DNA of 64,000 bases from Clostridia bacterium (GCA_045541035.1 JAZQII010000049.1:12225-76224); one strand, 5' to 3'; positions 28,197 to 39,657 are shown, counted from the first letter of the stretch. The notes: generated from the letters alone by a model not told the origin. Translations and numbers: made by a program.

Positions 28197-30572
28197 ATGC
28201 CTAAAAAGAAAAACACAAAAAATTCAAAGAGTACGATCAACAGAAGCAATGAAATAGTGGGGGTAGTTTTTATCCTTGTGGGGATTCTTCTTATGATCTC
28301 GCTTTTATTAAATACCGAAAGCGTTTTGAAAACCTATATTGCAGACGGTTTTATGCGCGGTACCTTTGGCATCGGTGCATACGTTATACCGCTTATTCTT
28401 ATCGCTTTGGGGCTTATAAAGATAATTATTAAAAACCCGCAGAACGATGCAGTAAAGATAACTATGACGGTTATTATGGCATTGTCTCTTGTGGGAATTG
28501 TACATATTTGCTTTTTGTGGTTTGTTCCCGAAAAATTGCATATTGCTGAAACTTACGGTGAAAGCATTGTTGAAGCATACAATGCAGGCAAGGAACATTT
28601 AGGTCTTGGCGGATTTGCGGCGTTCTACGTTTATCCCATAGCGTTGTTTGCAAGCGATATAGGCGCGTTCTTCATATTCCTTGCATTTATAGTTATTTCG
28701 CTTATTATGCTCTTTAATCTTTCCTTGCGCGATGCAGGCGAAAAGGTTGGAAAGTCGGTTAAGAACACAAGCGAGAAAATGCGTGAAAGTTTTAATCAGG
28801 CATCTATCCGCCGTAAGGAAAGAAAAAAGAAAAATTACGATTACGATATCAGCGAAGAAGATCCCCTTGATGAATACGCTAACGAATTTTCAGTTGAACC
28901 CGTAACGGAAGATGCTGAACCTGAAATACCCAAAGAATTTTCAGTTTCCCAAAAAAATGAATCTTCAGTAACGTTTAAGCGTAAAATGCCCGTTATCAAG
29001 GAATATGATTTCGGTGAAGACGATCAGGAAGATTTTGTTGATTCCTTTGTTGATGAACAAACTGAAAAGGAAGAAGTTAAGGAAGAAAAGGCACCTGAAC
29101 CTGTTAAGGAAGTTTATCAGGCTCCGCCCACAAGATTGCTTAATGCACCCGTTTCGGGAAAACGTTCATCTACCGATCATTCCGAAAAGATCGAAATGAT
29201 GGAGTCCACCTTAAAGAGTTTCGGTATCAATGCCTGGGTTGAAAATATTACAATCGGCCCTGCGATCACAAGATACGAACTTTCCATTGAGCGCGGAACG
29301 AGAGTAAGTAAGATACTTAATCTTTCTGATGATATTGCTCTTTCAATGGCGGCAACAAACGTTCGTATTGAAGCGCCTATTCCCGGAAAATCTGCTATCG
29401 GCATTGAAATTCCCAATGATTCGGTTTCTATGGTTACTTTGCGCGAAGTTCTTGAAGGCGATGCATTTACCGATCATAAATCACCGGTTGCAGTTGGTCT
29501 GGGTAAAGATATTACCGGTAACATCATAGTTGCCGACCTTGCAAAAATGCCTCATTTACTTATTGCAGGTCAGACCGGTGCAGGTAAGAGTGTGTGCATC
29601 AACTCTATCATTACAAGTCTTTTGTATAAGTCGTCGCCCAAAGACGTTAAACTTATTTTGATCGATCCCAAAATGGTTGAACTTAACGTTTATAACGGAA
29701 TTCCTCATTTGATGACTCCCGTTGTTACCGATCCCAAAAAGGCGGCAGGCGCGTTACAGTTCGTTGTTCGCGAAATGGAAAAACGCTATGAAACTTTTGC
29801 AAAGCGCAAAGTTAAAGATATAAACCGTTACAACGAAGTCGTTGAAGAAGCGGGCGAAGAAAAAATGCCCCGAATCGTTGTTATCGTTGACGAACTTAAC
29901 GATCTTATGCTTGTTGCACGCGGCGAAGTTGAGGACAGCGTTATGCGAATTGCACAGCTTGCACGTGCGGCAGGTATATATTTGATTCTTGCAACGCAGA
30001 GACCTTCGGTAAACGTTATTACCGGTGTTATTAAAGCAAACATTCCATCAAGAATTGCCTTTGCAGTTGCATCAGGTGTTGACTCAAAAACCATATTGGA
30101 TGCTACCGGTGCTGAAAAACTTGTTGGTAAAGGTGATATGCTTCTTCACTTAAACGGCGAAAATAAGCCTACACGTGTTCAGGGTGCTTTCGTTGGCGAG
30201 CAGGAAATCGAAAAGGTAGTTGATTTCATCAAGGCTAAAAATGCTGAAGCCAAGTATATCGGCGAAGAACAACTCGTTATGCGCGAACTTAAACCTAACC
30301 ACGGCGGAAGCGGTGATAATCCTAACGATATTGACGATTCTGACGGTGATGACGAACTTTTCCCTGCAGCAGTTGAATATGCCATTGAGTGCGGTAACAT
30401 TTCTATTTCTGCACTTCAGCGCAGATTTAAAGTAGGTTATGCCCGCGCAGGCAGACTCATTGATTCCATGGAATTAAAAGGCGTTGTTGAACCTTCGCAA
30501 GGCGCCAAGGCACGTAAAGTTTTGATGACTCGTGAACAGTTCTGGTCGATGTATGATGAAAGATTGGATTAA
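28197..30572 (+). CDS. ftsK: DNA translocase FtsK/SpoIIIE
   Basis: N-terminal TM helices and an acidic linker. Walker A GQTGAGKSV, Walker B VIVDELNDLM, and a C-terminal gamma winged helix (LQRRFKVGYARAGRLID). Confidence 0.9.
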   Translation: MPKKKNTKNSKSTINRSNEIVGVVFILVGILLMISLLLNTESVLKTYIADGFMRGTFGIGAYVIPLILIALGLIKIIIKNPQNDAVKITMTVIMALSLVGIVHICFLWFVPEKLHIAETYGESIVEAYNAGKEHLGLGGFAAFYVYPIALFASDIGAFFIFLAFIVISLIMLFNLSLRDAGEKVGKSVKNTSEKMRESFNQASIRRKERKKKNYDYDISEEDPLDEYANEFSVEPVTEDAEPEIPKEFSVSQKNESSVTFKRKMPVIKEYDFGEDDQEDFVDSFVDEQTEKEEVKEEKAPEPVKEVYQAPPTRLLNAPVSGKRSSTDHSEKIEMMESTLKSFGINAWVENITIGPAITRYELSIERGTRVSKILNLSDDIALSMAATNVRIEAPIPGKSAIGIEIPNDSVSMVTLREVLEGDAFTDHKSPVAVGLGKDITGNIIVADLAKMPHLLIAGQTGAGKSVCINSIITSLLYKSSPKDVKLILIDPKMVELNVYNGIPHLMTPVVTDPKKAAGALQFVVREMEKRYETFAKRKVKDINRYNEVVEEAGEEKMPRIVVIVDELNDLMLVARGEVEDSVMRIAQLARAAGIYLILATQRPSVNVITGVIKANIPSRIAFAVASGVDSKTILDATGAEKLVGKGDMLLHLNGENKPTRVQGAFVGEQEIEKVVDFIKAKNAEAKYIGEEQLVMRELKPNHGGSGDNPNDIDDSDGDDELFPAAVEYAIECGNISISALQRRFKVGYARAGRLIDSMELKGVVEPSQGAKARKVLMTREQFWSMYDERLD

Positions 30573-30575
30573 CAA

Positions 30576-31883
30576 ATGGTTAAAGTTAGTATAATTTCAC
30601 TTGGCTGTAACAAGAATCTTGTTGATTCCGAAGTAATGGCAGGCTACCTTAAAAAAGGCGGTATGTCCCTTTGCGAAAACGAAAGTGAAGCCGACGTTAT
30701 AATCGTCAATACCTGCGGATTTATTGAAGACGCTAAGGTCGAAGCCATTGATACAATATTTGAAATGGCTGAACATAAAAAGAAAAACTGTAAGGCGTTA
30801 CTTGTTTCGGGGTGTTTAACGCAAAGATATCCCGATGCAATAATTGAAATGCCTGAAGTTGACGGTATTTTAGGTACGTACGCTTATGAAAATATCGTTT
30901 CAGTTGTTGAAGATGCCTTAAATAAAAATAAACCCAAAAATATTTCGGGTGATGCCAAATATCTTGATAAGCCCATAGAAAGGCAGATATCAACCAAGTA
31001 TTACGCATATCTGAAAATTGCCGAGGGCTGCGATAATAAATGTGCATATTGTGCCATACCGTCTATCCGCGGTCCATATGTTTCAAGGGATATGGATAGT
31101 CTTTTAAAGGAAGCAGAGTATCTTAAAGTGCAGGGGATAAAAGAAATTGTTCTTACCGCCCAGGATACTACACGTTACGGTCTTGATAAAGGCGAAAATC
31201 AGTTTGCGGTTTTGCTTGAAAAAATTGCGCAGATGGGTTTTGAGTGGGTGAGAATGATGTATGCATATCCTTCAACCCTTTCAGAAGAAGTTATTTCCGT
31301 TATGGAAAAGTATGATAATATCTGTAAATACGTTGATATGCCCATTCAGCATACCGAAAACAAAATGCTTTCTCTTATGAACAGACATTACACTAAAGAA
31401 GATATGATTTCTGTTATTGAGAGAATTCGCTCGTCAAAATACGATTGGGCTTTGCGCACGACGCTTATGTGCGGTTTCCCAGGTGAGACCGACAGAGATT
31501 TTAAGGGCATGCTTGAATTTATCAAAAAATACAGATTCGATAATCTTGGCGTGTTTGCCTTTTCGCTTGAAGAGGGGACAGAAGCAGAAAACTTACCTCA
31601 TAAGTGCAGAAAGAGTACGGGTGAGAAGAGAAGTGACAGCGTAATGCTTCTTCAGGGGCAACTTGCACATGAATTCAACAAGCGCCGTGAAGGTAAAAGT
31701 TATAAAACGCTTGTTGAAGGCTATGATGAAGAGCAGAATATGTTTTTCGGCAGATGCGAGTTTCTGGCGCCTGAAGTTGACGGACGTGTATATTTCACCG
31801 GTGAAAATATAAAGATCGGCGAATTTTATACAGTATATATTGACGAAGCCTTTGGCTACGATTTCTTTGGGAGGGTATTATGA
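30576..31883 (+). CDS. rimO: ribosomal protein S12 methylthiotransferase
   Basis: SLGCNKNLVDSE N-terminus, radical-SAM CDNKCAYC motif and a TRAM-like C-terminus. Confidence 0.85.
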   Translation: MVKVSIISLGCNKNLVDSEVMAGYLKKGGMSLCENESEADVIIVNTCGFIEDAKVEAIDTIFEMAEHKKKNCKALLVSGCLTQRYPDAIIEMPEVDGILGTYAYENIVSVVEDALNKNKPKNISGDAKYLDKPIERQISTKYYAYLKIAEGCDNKCAYCAIPSIRGPYVSRDMDSLLKEAEYLKVQGIKEIVLTAQDTTRYGLDKGENQFAVLLEKIAQMGFEWVRMMYAYPSTLSEEVISVMEKYDNICKYVDMPIQHTENKMLSLMNRHYTKEDMISVIERIRSSKYDWALRTTLMCGFPGETDRDFKGMLEFIKKYRFDNLGVFAFSLEEGTEAENLPHKCRKSTGEKRSDSVMLLQGQLAHEFNKRREGKSYKTLVEGYDEEQNMFFGRCEFLAPEVDGRVYFTGENIKIGEFYTVYIDEAFGYDFFGRVL

Positions 31884-32470
31884 ATTTACCGAATAAATTA
31901 ACAGTTTTACGAATAATCCTTATGCCGGTTATGGTTTTGCTTTTCTATTTTGAATTATACATAACGGCGGCTATCGTATTTATTTTTGCGGCACTTACCG
32001 ATATGCTTGACGGCAAAATTGCAAGAAAAAATAATCTTGTAACGGTGTTTGGAAAGTTTGTTGACCCCCTTGCAGATAAACTCATAAACATTGCGGCAAT
32101 TATAATTCTTGCTTCACGTATTGCACAAAGTCAGGCAACGTGGTATAGCATATTCGTAACTGTAACGACGGTTATAATCGTTTCAAGGGAAACTATAATC
32201 ACTTCCTTGCGTGCACTTGCCGCCAATGAAGGTGTTGTTATTGCGGCAGATAAACTCGGTAAGATCAAAACAGTTCTTCAGGATATTGCAATCGTAGGAA
32301 TGTTCCTTGATGAATCGCCTTATATTGATATGATTCCTTTTGCAGGGATACTTATTCATTGGACAACTGTAGCACTCCTTGCGGCGGCACTTATTCTTAC
32401 GATCATTTCGGGAGTCAACTACTTTACTTCAAATAAAGAGATAATGGATAAGATAACTAAAGACATATGA
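31880..32470 (+). CDS. pgsA: CDP-diacylglycerol--glycerol-3-phosphate 3-phosphatidyltransferase
   Basis: CDP-alcohol phosphatidyltransferase motif DMLDGKIARK...GKFVDPLADK. Confidence 0.9.
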   Translation: MNLPNKLTVLRIILMPVMVLLFYFELYITAAIVFIFAALTDMLDGKIARKNNLVTVFGKFVDPLADKLINIAAIIILASRIAQSQATWYSIFVTVTTVIIVSRETIITSLRALAANEGVVIAADKLGKIKTVLQDIAIVGMFLDESPYIDMIPFAGILIHWTTVALLAAALILTIISGVNYFTSNKEIMDKITKDI

Positions 32471-32934
32471 TTGAATTATTTGATTATTTAATTGAAAACA
32501 AGATAACCGTTGCAACGGCTGAATCCTGCACGGGCGGAAATATTTCTGCGGAATTTGTCGCATATCCCGGTATTTCTGAAATTTTTGTGGCAGGTCTTTG
32601 CACTTATCACAACAGCGCAAAAGAGAATATTTTAGGTGTTAAAAGCGAAACTCTTAAAAATTTCGGTGCGGTAAGCGAAGAATGTGCACGGGAAATGCTT
32701 CTCGGTGCAAGAAAAAATACCGGTGCAATGGCTTCTGTTTGCACAACGGGTATCGCAGGTCCCGGCGGGGGAACAGATAAAAAGCCGGTAGGTCTTGTGT
32801 ATGTTGGTGCAAGTTATAAAGATAAAACAGAAGTCGTTAAATGTAACTTTTCAGGCACACGATCCGAGGTTATTGAACAAGCAAAAAATTATGCATTAAA
32901 TTTACTATATAAAATTATTATGGGAGGAAATTAA
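32467..32934 (+). CDS. pncC: CinA C-terminal domain protein (nicotinamide-nucleotide amidase type)
   Basis: [11 protein letters not shown] motif. 155 aa. Located directly upstream of recA, as is usual in Firmicutes. Confidence 0.8.
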   Translation: MIELFDYLIENKITVATAESCTGGNISAEFVAYPGISEIFVAGLCTYHNSAKENILGVKSETLKNFGAVSEECAREMLLGARKNTGAMASVCTTGIAGPGGGTDKKPVGLVYVGASYKDKTEVVKCNFSGTRSEVIEQAKNYALNLLYKIIMGGN

Positions 32935-32936
32935 AA

Positions 32937-34001
32937 ATGGCAAAAGCAACTGAAACAGAAATTGTTGATGTTATGGAAGAAAAACAAAAAGCACTTAAAA
33001 CTGCACTTCAGGGAATTGAAAAGCAATTCGGTAAAGGTGCAGTTATGAAACTTGGTGATTCTGCAGATAAAATAAACGTTCAGGTTATTCCCACGGGTTT
33101 CATTCAGATCGACTCTGCGCTTGGTGCAGGCGGTATTCCAAAGGGAAGAATTACTGAAATTTACGGTCCTGAATCATCAGGTAAAACAACGCTTACACTT
33201 CATATTATTGCTCAGGCACAGAAAAACGGCGGTATTGCCGCATTTATTGATGCTGAACACGCACTTGATCCCCAGTATGCAAAAGTTTTAGGCGTTGATA
33301 TTGATAATCTTTACGTTTCACAGCCTGATACGGGAGAGCAGGCACTTGATATCTGCGAAGCTCTTGCACGTTCAAATGCAGTTGATCTTATTGTTATTGA
33401 CTCTGTTGCCGCACTTACGCCTAAGGCAGAAATTGAAGGCGATATGGAAACTGCAACAATGGGACTTCAGGCAAGACTTATGAGCCGTGCTTTAAGAAAG
33501 ATCACCGCAGTTGTCGGCAAATCAAATACCGCAGTAATCTTTATTAACCAGCTTCGTGATAAGATCGGTGTTATTTACGGTAACCCCGAAACCACAACGG
33601 GCGGTAAAGCACTTAAATTCTTTGCATCTGTCCGTATTGATATCAGAAAGGGCGAAGCCATCAAAAACGGCAGCGAACTTATCGGAAATAAGTGCAAGAT
33701 TAAAATTGTTAAGAATAAAGTTGCACCTCCCTTCAAAACTGCTGAAGTGGACATGCTTTTCGGCAAAGGTATCTCCCGTGAAAGTTCGCTTATGGATTTT
33801 GCCATTGAAACGGGTATTATTGAAAAAAGCGGTTCATGGTTCTCTTATCAGGGCGACCGTATAGGTCAGGGCAAAGAAAATGCAAAAGAGTTCCTTCTTT
33901 CACATCCTGAAATCATGGAAGAAGTTGAGCAGAAATTAAGAGAAGCAATTGCAAATAATACTGCACCTGCGGCAAAAGACGATCTTGATTCAGACGATTG
34001 A
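32937..34001 (+). CDS. recA: recombinase A
   Basis: GPESSGKTT Walker A and the highly conserved RecA core ([17 protein letters not shown]-type, INQLR). Confidence 0.97.
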   Translation: MAKATETEIVDVMEEKQKALKTALQGIEKQFGKGAVMKLGDSADKINVQVIPTGFIQIDSALGAGGIPKGRITEIYGPESSGKTTLTLHIIAQAQKNGGIAAFIDAEHALDPQYAKVLGVDIDNLYVSQPDTGEQALDICEALARSNAVDLIVIDSVAALTPKAEIEGDMETATMGLQARLMSRALRKITAVVGKSNTAVIFINQLRDKIGVIYGNPETTTGGKALKFFASVRIDIRKGEAIKNGSELIGNKCKIKIVKNKVAPPFKTAEVDMLFGKGISRESSLMDFAIETGIIEKSGSWFSYQGDRIGQGKENAKEFLLSHPEIMEEVEQKLREAIANNTAPAAKDDLDSDD

Positions 34002-34018
34002 TTTTTTTGAGGTAATTT

Positions 34019-34861
34019 ATGGGCAAATGGTATGATAAAATCTTTATCGGCAATCCAAACAAAGAGGATTTTACCGCTAAAGATCTGCCAAAAACAAGAA
34101 TGGAACAGTATTTCGACGTTATTAAACTTCGCTTTGGCGGAATGGTAACGGCAAACCTGCTTCTTGCCTTGTTCGCATTGCCGTTGATTTTCTGGGCAAT
34201 GTATAATTGGTTTATGTTTACACAGATGGATAAAGAAACGGCAGTCGGAACAGTATCCGATCCTCAGATGTGGCTCTTTTTCTTCGGCGGTTGCATTCCT
34301 CTTTATACGATTATGGGGCCCGCCCAAGCAGGTTTATATTACTGCTTAAGAAACTGGATATGGAACCGCCGCGCAACTGTAGGCGAGCATTTTTGGAAAG
34401 AGTTTAAGAGAAGCTGGAAGCAATCTGCATTTCTCAATTTCTTTAATGCGACTCTTTTTTATGCAGGTTTTTGGTGGTTCTTGCTCTGCTATATGAACAT
34501 GGAAACTTATCCAATATTGAAATATGTTTCCATACTGATCATATTCTTGCTTACATTATACTATATGTCAAGCATATACCAATTTCCGCAACTTGTAACC
34601 TATAATCTTAAAGTTACGCAGATACTTAAAAATTCCATAATATATATGCTTGCACAGTTTCCAAGAACACTTCTTGCATTTGTTGCATATGCATTGCTTA
34701 TGGTATTGTGCATTCTTTTAGGTCAGGTTCTTCTGGCGGTAGCAATGTCTTTGGGTATATCATTTACGTGTCTTGCAAACATGATTCTTTCCGACTTCTT
34801 GTTTGATAAATATGTAAACGAGCCTGAAAACAGACGCAAGGGTATGGCACCCCGAGATTAA
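34019..34861 (+). CDS. YesL/DUF624-like membrane protein
   Basis: 280 aa, about 6 TM helices, FWKEFKRSWKQS motif. Confidence 0.6.
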   Translation: MGKWYDKIFIGNPNKEDFTAKDLPKTRMEQYFDVIKLRFGGMVTANLLLALFALPLIFWAMYNWFMFTQMDKETAVGTVSDPQMWLFFFGGCIPLYTIMGPAQAGLYYCLRNWIWNRRATVGEHFWKEFKRSWKQSAFLNFFNATLFYAGFWWFLLCYMNMETYPILKYVSILIIFLLTLYYMSSIYQFPQLVTYNLKVTQILKNSIIYMLAQFPRTLLAFVAYALLMVLCILLGQVLLAVAMSLGISFTCLANMILSDFLFDKYVNEPENRRKGMAPRD

Positions 34862-34870
34862 GGAGTTTTT

Positions 34871-35590
34871 ATGCAGTACGGTGAAATAGCACTTGTATAT
34901 GATTCGCTTATGTATGATATGCCTTATGATGATTGGGCAGAATTTTTGCTTAATCATCTTAAAGGCGCCGAAACCGTTCTTGAACTTGGTTGCGGAACGG
35001 GAAGTATAACAGAGCGTCTTTCAGCATATTATGATATAACAGCCGTTGATATTTCTGATGATATGTTGGATATAGCAAGGCAGAAACTTACTAAAAAGGG
35101 AAGAAGCGCTCGCTTTGTAAAAGGCGATATGTGCGATTTTTCCCTTCATAAACCCGTTGATAGCGCAATATGCGTCTGCGACGGAATAAACTATTTAATT
35201 ACGCCTGAAAAAGTTAAGCAGGCGTTTTTGAATGTTTATAAAAACATAAAAGCAGGCGGAAAATTTATTTTTGATATCAGTAGCCAATATAAACTTTTAT
35301 CAATGGGTGATCAACTTTATTCCGAAGATACTGATGACGTTACTTATATTTGGCGTAACAATATCGAAAACGATCTTATCAATATGGATATAACGTTCTT
35401 CGTTGCTGAAGATGAAGAATATTATTTCAGATTTGATGAAAAACACGTTCAAAGGGCACATACTCTAAAAGAAATTTCTTCTTTGCTTGAAGAATGTGGG
35501 TTTAAAATTCTTTTAATTACCGATAATTATACTGAAGCACCTGTAAAAAATGAAACAATGCGCATAACTTTTTGCGCTGAAAAAATATAA
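34871..35590 (+). CDS. class I SAM-dependent methyltransferase
   Basis: VLELGCGTG motif I and DISDDML motif II. Confidence 0.8.
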   Translation: MQYGEIALVYDSLMYDMPYDDWAEFLLNHLKGAETVLELGCGTGSITERLSAYYDITAVDISDDMLDIARQKLTKKGRSARFVKGDMCDFSLHKPVDSAICVCDGINYLITPEKVKQAFLNVYKNIKAGGKFIFDISSQYKLLSMGDQLYSEDTDDVTYIWRNNIENDLINMDITFFVAEDEEYYFRFDEKHVQRAHTLKEISSLLEECGFKILLITDNYTEAPVKNETMRITFCAEKI

Positions 35591-35605
35591 AATAAGGATG
35601 AAATT

Positions 35606-36472
35606 ATGGAAGATCAGATACTTCATGCATTGGTGTTTGACGGTCAGGCACAAATGCTTATTATAAATGCAAGCGAAACTGCGAAAACGGCAAAGGAACT
35701 TTTAGGTCTCTCTCTCGGCGTTTCCTGCGCTTTAGGAAGGCTTATCTGTGCAGGAGCAATGCTTTCCCAAAGAAATAAAAGCGAAAGCGAAAAATTAACC
35801 GTAATAGTAAACGGCGGAGGCCCTGCAGGCAAGATTCTTGTAACTGCGGATAATCAGGGAAACGTTAAGGCTTGTGCAGATAACCCAAAGGCAGATATTC
35901 CCTCCAATGAAATAAAAATATCTTCTCTTGTTGGGAATGACGGACAGATGACTGTTGTAAGAGATAATCCTTTAGGGAAAGAACCTTACGTTGGAATGTG
36001 CAAACTTGTTTCAGGTGATATCACTCGTGATTTTGCCGCATATCTTGTTACAAGTGAACAGCAGCCTGCGGCGGTTGCTCTTGATGCAGGGGAATATGAA
36101 GATAAATTTACTTGCGGTGGTATAATGGTTTTACCGCTTCCCGGTTGCACGAAAGAAGCACTTGATGCCATTGATCAAAAAATCAATTCAATGAATGATC
36201 TTTTAAAGAAACTTAATTATCACTTGTCTCTTGAGGAACTTGCTTTTGATAATTTCTGGGATGTCGGAGTAAAACCTCTTGAAACGGTTTCTCTTAAATA
36301 TAATTGCGATTGTTCAAGGGATAGATTTGAGCAGGCACTTATTTCTCTTGGTAAAAACGAACTTCTTTCTCTTGCTTATGAAGAAGAGAATACGGAGATC
36401 TGTTGCCGTTTCTGTAATAAAAAATATGTATTTAAAAGTGAAGAACTTAAAAATTTAGCAAAAGGACTTTGA
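35606..36472 (+). CDS. hslO: redox-regulated chaperone Hsp33
   Basis: 288 aa with the C-terminal zinc switch CDCS...CRFC. Confidence 0.9.
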   Translation: MEDQILHALVFDGQAQMLIINASETAKTAKELLGLSLGVSCALGRLICAGAMLSQRNKSESEKLTVIVNGGGPAGKILVTADNQGNVKACADNPKADIPSNEIKISSLVGNDGQMTVVRDNPLGKEPYVGMCKLVSGDITRDFAAYLVTSEQQPAAVALDAGEYEDKFTCGGIMVLPLPGCTKEALDAIDQKINSMNDLLKKLNYHLSLEELAFDNFWDVGVKPLETVSLKYNCDCSRDRFEQALISLGKNELLSLAYEEENTEICCRFCNKKYVFKSEELKNLAKGL

Positions 36473-36473
36473 T

Positions 36474-37739
36474 ATGACGAATATTGCAACTGGCTTAAAA
36501 AAGCGTGGTAGCAGACATCTTTTTGAATGCAATTATTCAAGTGCAGTTGAATGTTTTGCAAGAGTGCACTCAATGGAACCTGATAATGTTGAAAACACTA
36601 TTGATCTTATATATGCACTGAACCAAAACGCTGATTACGTCACTGCACTTACTTATTGTTATGCTCTCCTTGGAGAGGGTAATATAAAAGAACTTGACAC
36701 GCTTTACTTTCTTACCGCAGAAGCCTTTGGTGGGGCAGGCTGTGTTGAAGGCTGTGCACAGATGCTTGAAAGATGTATAAATTATAATCCTATAGGCACA
36801 AGTTCTGCAGATGCTGAAGCATTTTTAAACGATTTAAAACAAAAATACACTATAGAAAAATATGATGCAACAACAAATGCAGTAACGATGCTCTTACCAA
36901 ACGGAATGTCAGATGCGCCCTTTTTAAATTATGAGACACTTATTTGTGTAAAAGATATAAGTGAAGCAATTAAAGAAAAAGATATCAATGGCGCAATGAA
37001 CCGTATAGAAGAGGAAATTGATGCAGGAAATATTTCGGTTTCTATTTTAGGTGTTGCCATTATGCTTTGTGCGGAGCTTGGCGATACAATATATATGAAA
37101 AAAAATGCGGAACGGTTCAGGTTCGTTGATGATTATACTATGTCGGAACTCTATGCCCTTGCTTATAATCTTGACGATCTTAAAAATGACGATATTGCAT
37201 ATATAGTTTATCGCGAACTTTATGCAAAGGAAAGCGGTGATAAAGATATAGCCTTCGGATTTGCCGTTGCCTCGGAAAGAGTTGGGAATATTGAACATGC
37301 AAAAAGTATTGCAAAAAAGATAATTGCAAGTGATGGCGGCAGAGGACCTGCAACGTATTATTATAATGAGATAGGTCGGAAAGTTCACCCTTATCTGTTA
37401 AAATATGAAGACGAGCATGAACAAAATATTCTTGATAGAATTACAAGCGGTTACACTAATTCAAACGAGATTTATGAAGCAATCGACTATCTTCGCTATG
37501 CAGATATTGAAACAGGAACTAAAATAATTGAGAGTCTGAATAAAAATGATTACTTCACGTGCTTTGAACTGCGCCGTGCTGCAATAAATCCAAAAAATAA
37601 TTTAATTTTAAGGGCGCGTGCCGCATCAAAAATTTTTGATAATAATATTGTATATCTTAATACGGGTTCGGATATTATTGAATTCTCACCGGAAATTGAA
37701 AAAGTTATAAACAATTTTTATGAAAGAGGAAACCAATGA
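36474..37739 (+). CDS. hypothetical protein, TPR-like helical repeats
   Basis: 421 aa, all-helical composition. Stop overlaps the start of the next gene (ATGA). Confidence 0.5.
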   Translation: MTNIATGLKKRGSRHLFECNYSSAVECFARVHSMEPDNVENTIDLIYALNQNADYVTALTYCYALLGEGNIKELDTLYFLTAEAFGGAGCVEGCAQMLERCINYNPIGTSSADAEAFLNDLKQKYTIEKYDATTNAVTMLLPNGMSDAPFLNYETLICVKDISEAIKEKDINGAMNRIEEEIDAGNISVSILGVAIMLCAELGDTIYMKKNAERFRFVDDYTMSELYALAYNLDDLKNDDIAYIVYRELYAKESGDKDIAFGFAVASERVGNIEHAKSIAKKIIASDGGRGPATYYYNEIGRKVHPYLLKYEDEHEQNILDRITSGYTNSNEIYEAIDYLRYADIETGTKIIESLNKNDYFTCFELRRAAINPKNNLILRARAASKIFDNNIVYLNTGSDIIEFSPEIEKVINNFYERGNQ

Positions 37740-38539
37740 AACAGTTAATTGATTTTGATACTCAGTTTAATGAGTATATGGATTCTTGGGCAGATAAACT
37801 TCTTAAAGAAGGCAAAAAAGCCGAAGATATTGAAGCACTTATTCCCGAAGCCTATCAGAAATGGGCAGAAAAAGCAATTAAGTATTTTGATGACGTTGAG
37901 CCGGAAGAACTTGTAAAGATGCTCGGCGGATATCTTGATGAAGATATAAACGTTCCTGATATCTTGATTGATAAGATTACGGAAAATCCCTCATGCGAAA
38001 GGGCAGTTTACGAACTTTTCCTTGAAGAGAGAAGTGATAATGACCGTGTAATGCTTATGAACATTCTTTCAGATATGGGTTCAATGTTGCCTATACGCGA
38101 AAACATAAATCTTCTGTGCATGAGTGAGAGCGAGGAACTTGCCGAAGCCGCCGCAGAAGCACTTAAATATTCAGGTGTTGAAGCACAAAAGGAGATCCTT
38201 GAAGCCTATAACGATGAATATGATATTGACGTAAAGGAAAAACTTATTTACGTTCTTGTTTACAGTGAGCCAAGAGTAGAAGGTCTTGCAGATAAACTTA
38301 TAGAACTTATGAACGAATCCGTTAATCGCGGAATAATCGCAGGCATGATGTCTTTCTATGGCGATGATAAGTGTCTGCCGATACTTAAAATTGCTGAAAA
38401 TGCAGATGGAATCAACTATATTGATTACGTTGAGATCTGCGATGCCATTGAGGCTCTTGGCGGCGAAACAAAGCGCGAAAGAGAATTCGATGGCGATGAA
38501 TATTATGAAATGATGCATTCAGGCGGTTTTGAAGGATGA
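37736..38539 (+). CDS. hypothetical acidic helical-repeat protein
   Basis: 267 aa. Overlap-coupled to both neighbours. Confidence 0.5.
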   Translation: MKQLIDFDTQFNEYMDSWADKLLKEGKKAEDIEALIPEAYQKWAEKAIKYFDDVEPEELVKMLGGYLDEDINVPDILIDKITENPSCERAVYELFLEERSDNDRVMLMNILSDMGSMLPIRENINLLCMSESEELAEAAAEALKYSGVEAQKEILEAYNDEYDIDVKEKLIYVLVYSEPRVEGLADKLIELMNESVNRGIIAGMMSFYGDDKCLPILKIAENADGINYIDYVEICDAIEALGGETKREREFDGDEYYEMMHSGGFEG

Positions 38540-39648
38540 AATTCTTTGTAACCACACCTTTTTCAATGGAAAAACCCGTTAAAAATCAACTTGAGCGGTT
38601 GGGTATTGAAACTTCGGGCACAACAGAAGGTAAAGTGTATTTTAACGGTGATCAGGATTCTTTGGCTCTTGCTTTGGTAAACGTGAAGGCAGGGGATAGA
38701 ATTTATTGGGAGATAGCATCTTTTGATGCTTATTCCTTTGATGATCTCTTTGATAATATTGTAAAAATTAACTGGGTGGATATTATTGCGCCAAACGGCA
38801 AAATAAACGTAAGCGCCAAGTGTGCGCGTTCAAAACTTATGAGCGTTCCCGATACACAGCGCATTACAAAAATGGCTATTATAAAATCTCTTCAGCGTAA
38901 GATTAAAAAGGACAAGTTCCCTGAAAACGGTGCTGAATATCCCATTGACGTTCATATACATAAAGATAAAGTAACGGTTGCCATCGATTGTTGCGGTGCA
39001 GGTCTCCATAAACGTGGATATAGGGTAAAAAATGCTACTGCACCGTTAAGGGAGACTTTTGCTTCAGGCTTAATTGAAATTTCAGGATTCAGGGGAAAAG
39101 GTGCATTTTGCGATCCTTTCTGCGGTTCGGGAACTTTACCCATTGAAGCGGCAATGACGGCACTTAATATTGCACCGGGCATGAATCGTGAATTTGTGTG
39201 CGAAAATTTTAAGAATTTCGATAAAAAGATCTTTGATAATGCCCGTAACAATGCAAAAAATAAAGTTCTTGATATTCCCGTCGATATATATTGTTCGGAT
39301 ATTTTGCCTGAAATGGTTGATATGGCACGCTTCCATGCAAAGCGCGCAGGCGTTGAAAAGGTTATAAACTTTTCAGTTTCAAGTGCGGGGGATACAGTAC
39401 CGCAAAAAGATTGGGGAATTATGATAACAAATCCCCCTTACGGTGAACGTTTGGGCGATGAAAAATATATGCAAAGCCTTTGTGTTGAAATAGGGCAGAT
39501 GCTTAAAAACTATTCTTCGTGGAACAGATACGTATTAAGCGGATATAAAAATCTGGAAAAATACGCCAAAATTAAGGCGGAAAAGACGCGAAGATTTTAT
39601 AATGGAAACATAGAATGCAATCTTTATAATTTTTTTCAAAAAAAGTGA
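38536..39648 (+). CDS. THUMP-domain class I SAM-dependent RNA methyltransferase (RlmL/YpsC-like)
   Basis: DPFCGSGT and NPPYGERLG motifs following an N-terminal THUMP-like region. Confidence 0.85.
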   Translation: MKFFVTTPFSMEKPVKNQLERLGIETSGTTEGKVYFNGDQDSLALALVNVKAGDRIYWEIASFDAYSFDDLFDNIVKINWVDIIAPNGKINVSAKCARSKLMSVPDTQRITKMAIIKSLQRKIKKDKFPENGAEYPIDVHIHKDKVTVAIDCCGAGLHKRGYRVKNATAPLRETFASGLIEISGFRGKGAFCDPFCGSGTLPIEAAMTALNIAPGMNREFVCENFKNFDKKIFDNARNNAKNKVLDIPVDIYCSDILPEMVDMARFHAKRAGVEKVINFSVSSAGDTVPQKDWGIMITNPPYGERLGDEKYMQSLCVEIGQMLKNYSSWNRYVLSGYKNLEKYAKIKAEKTRRFYNGNIECNLYNFFQKK

Positions 39649-39657
39649 AAAAAGTGG

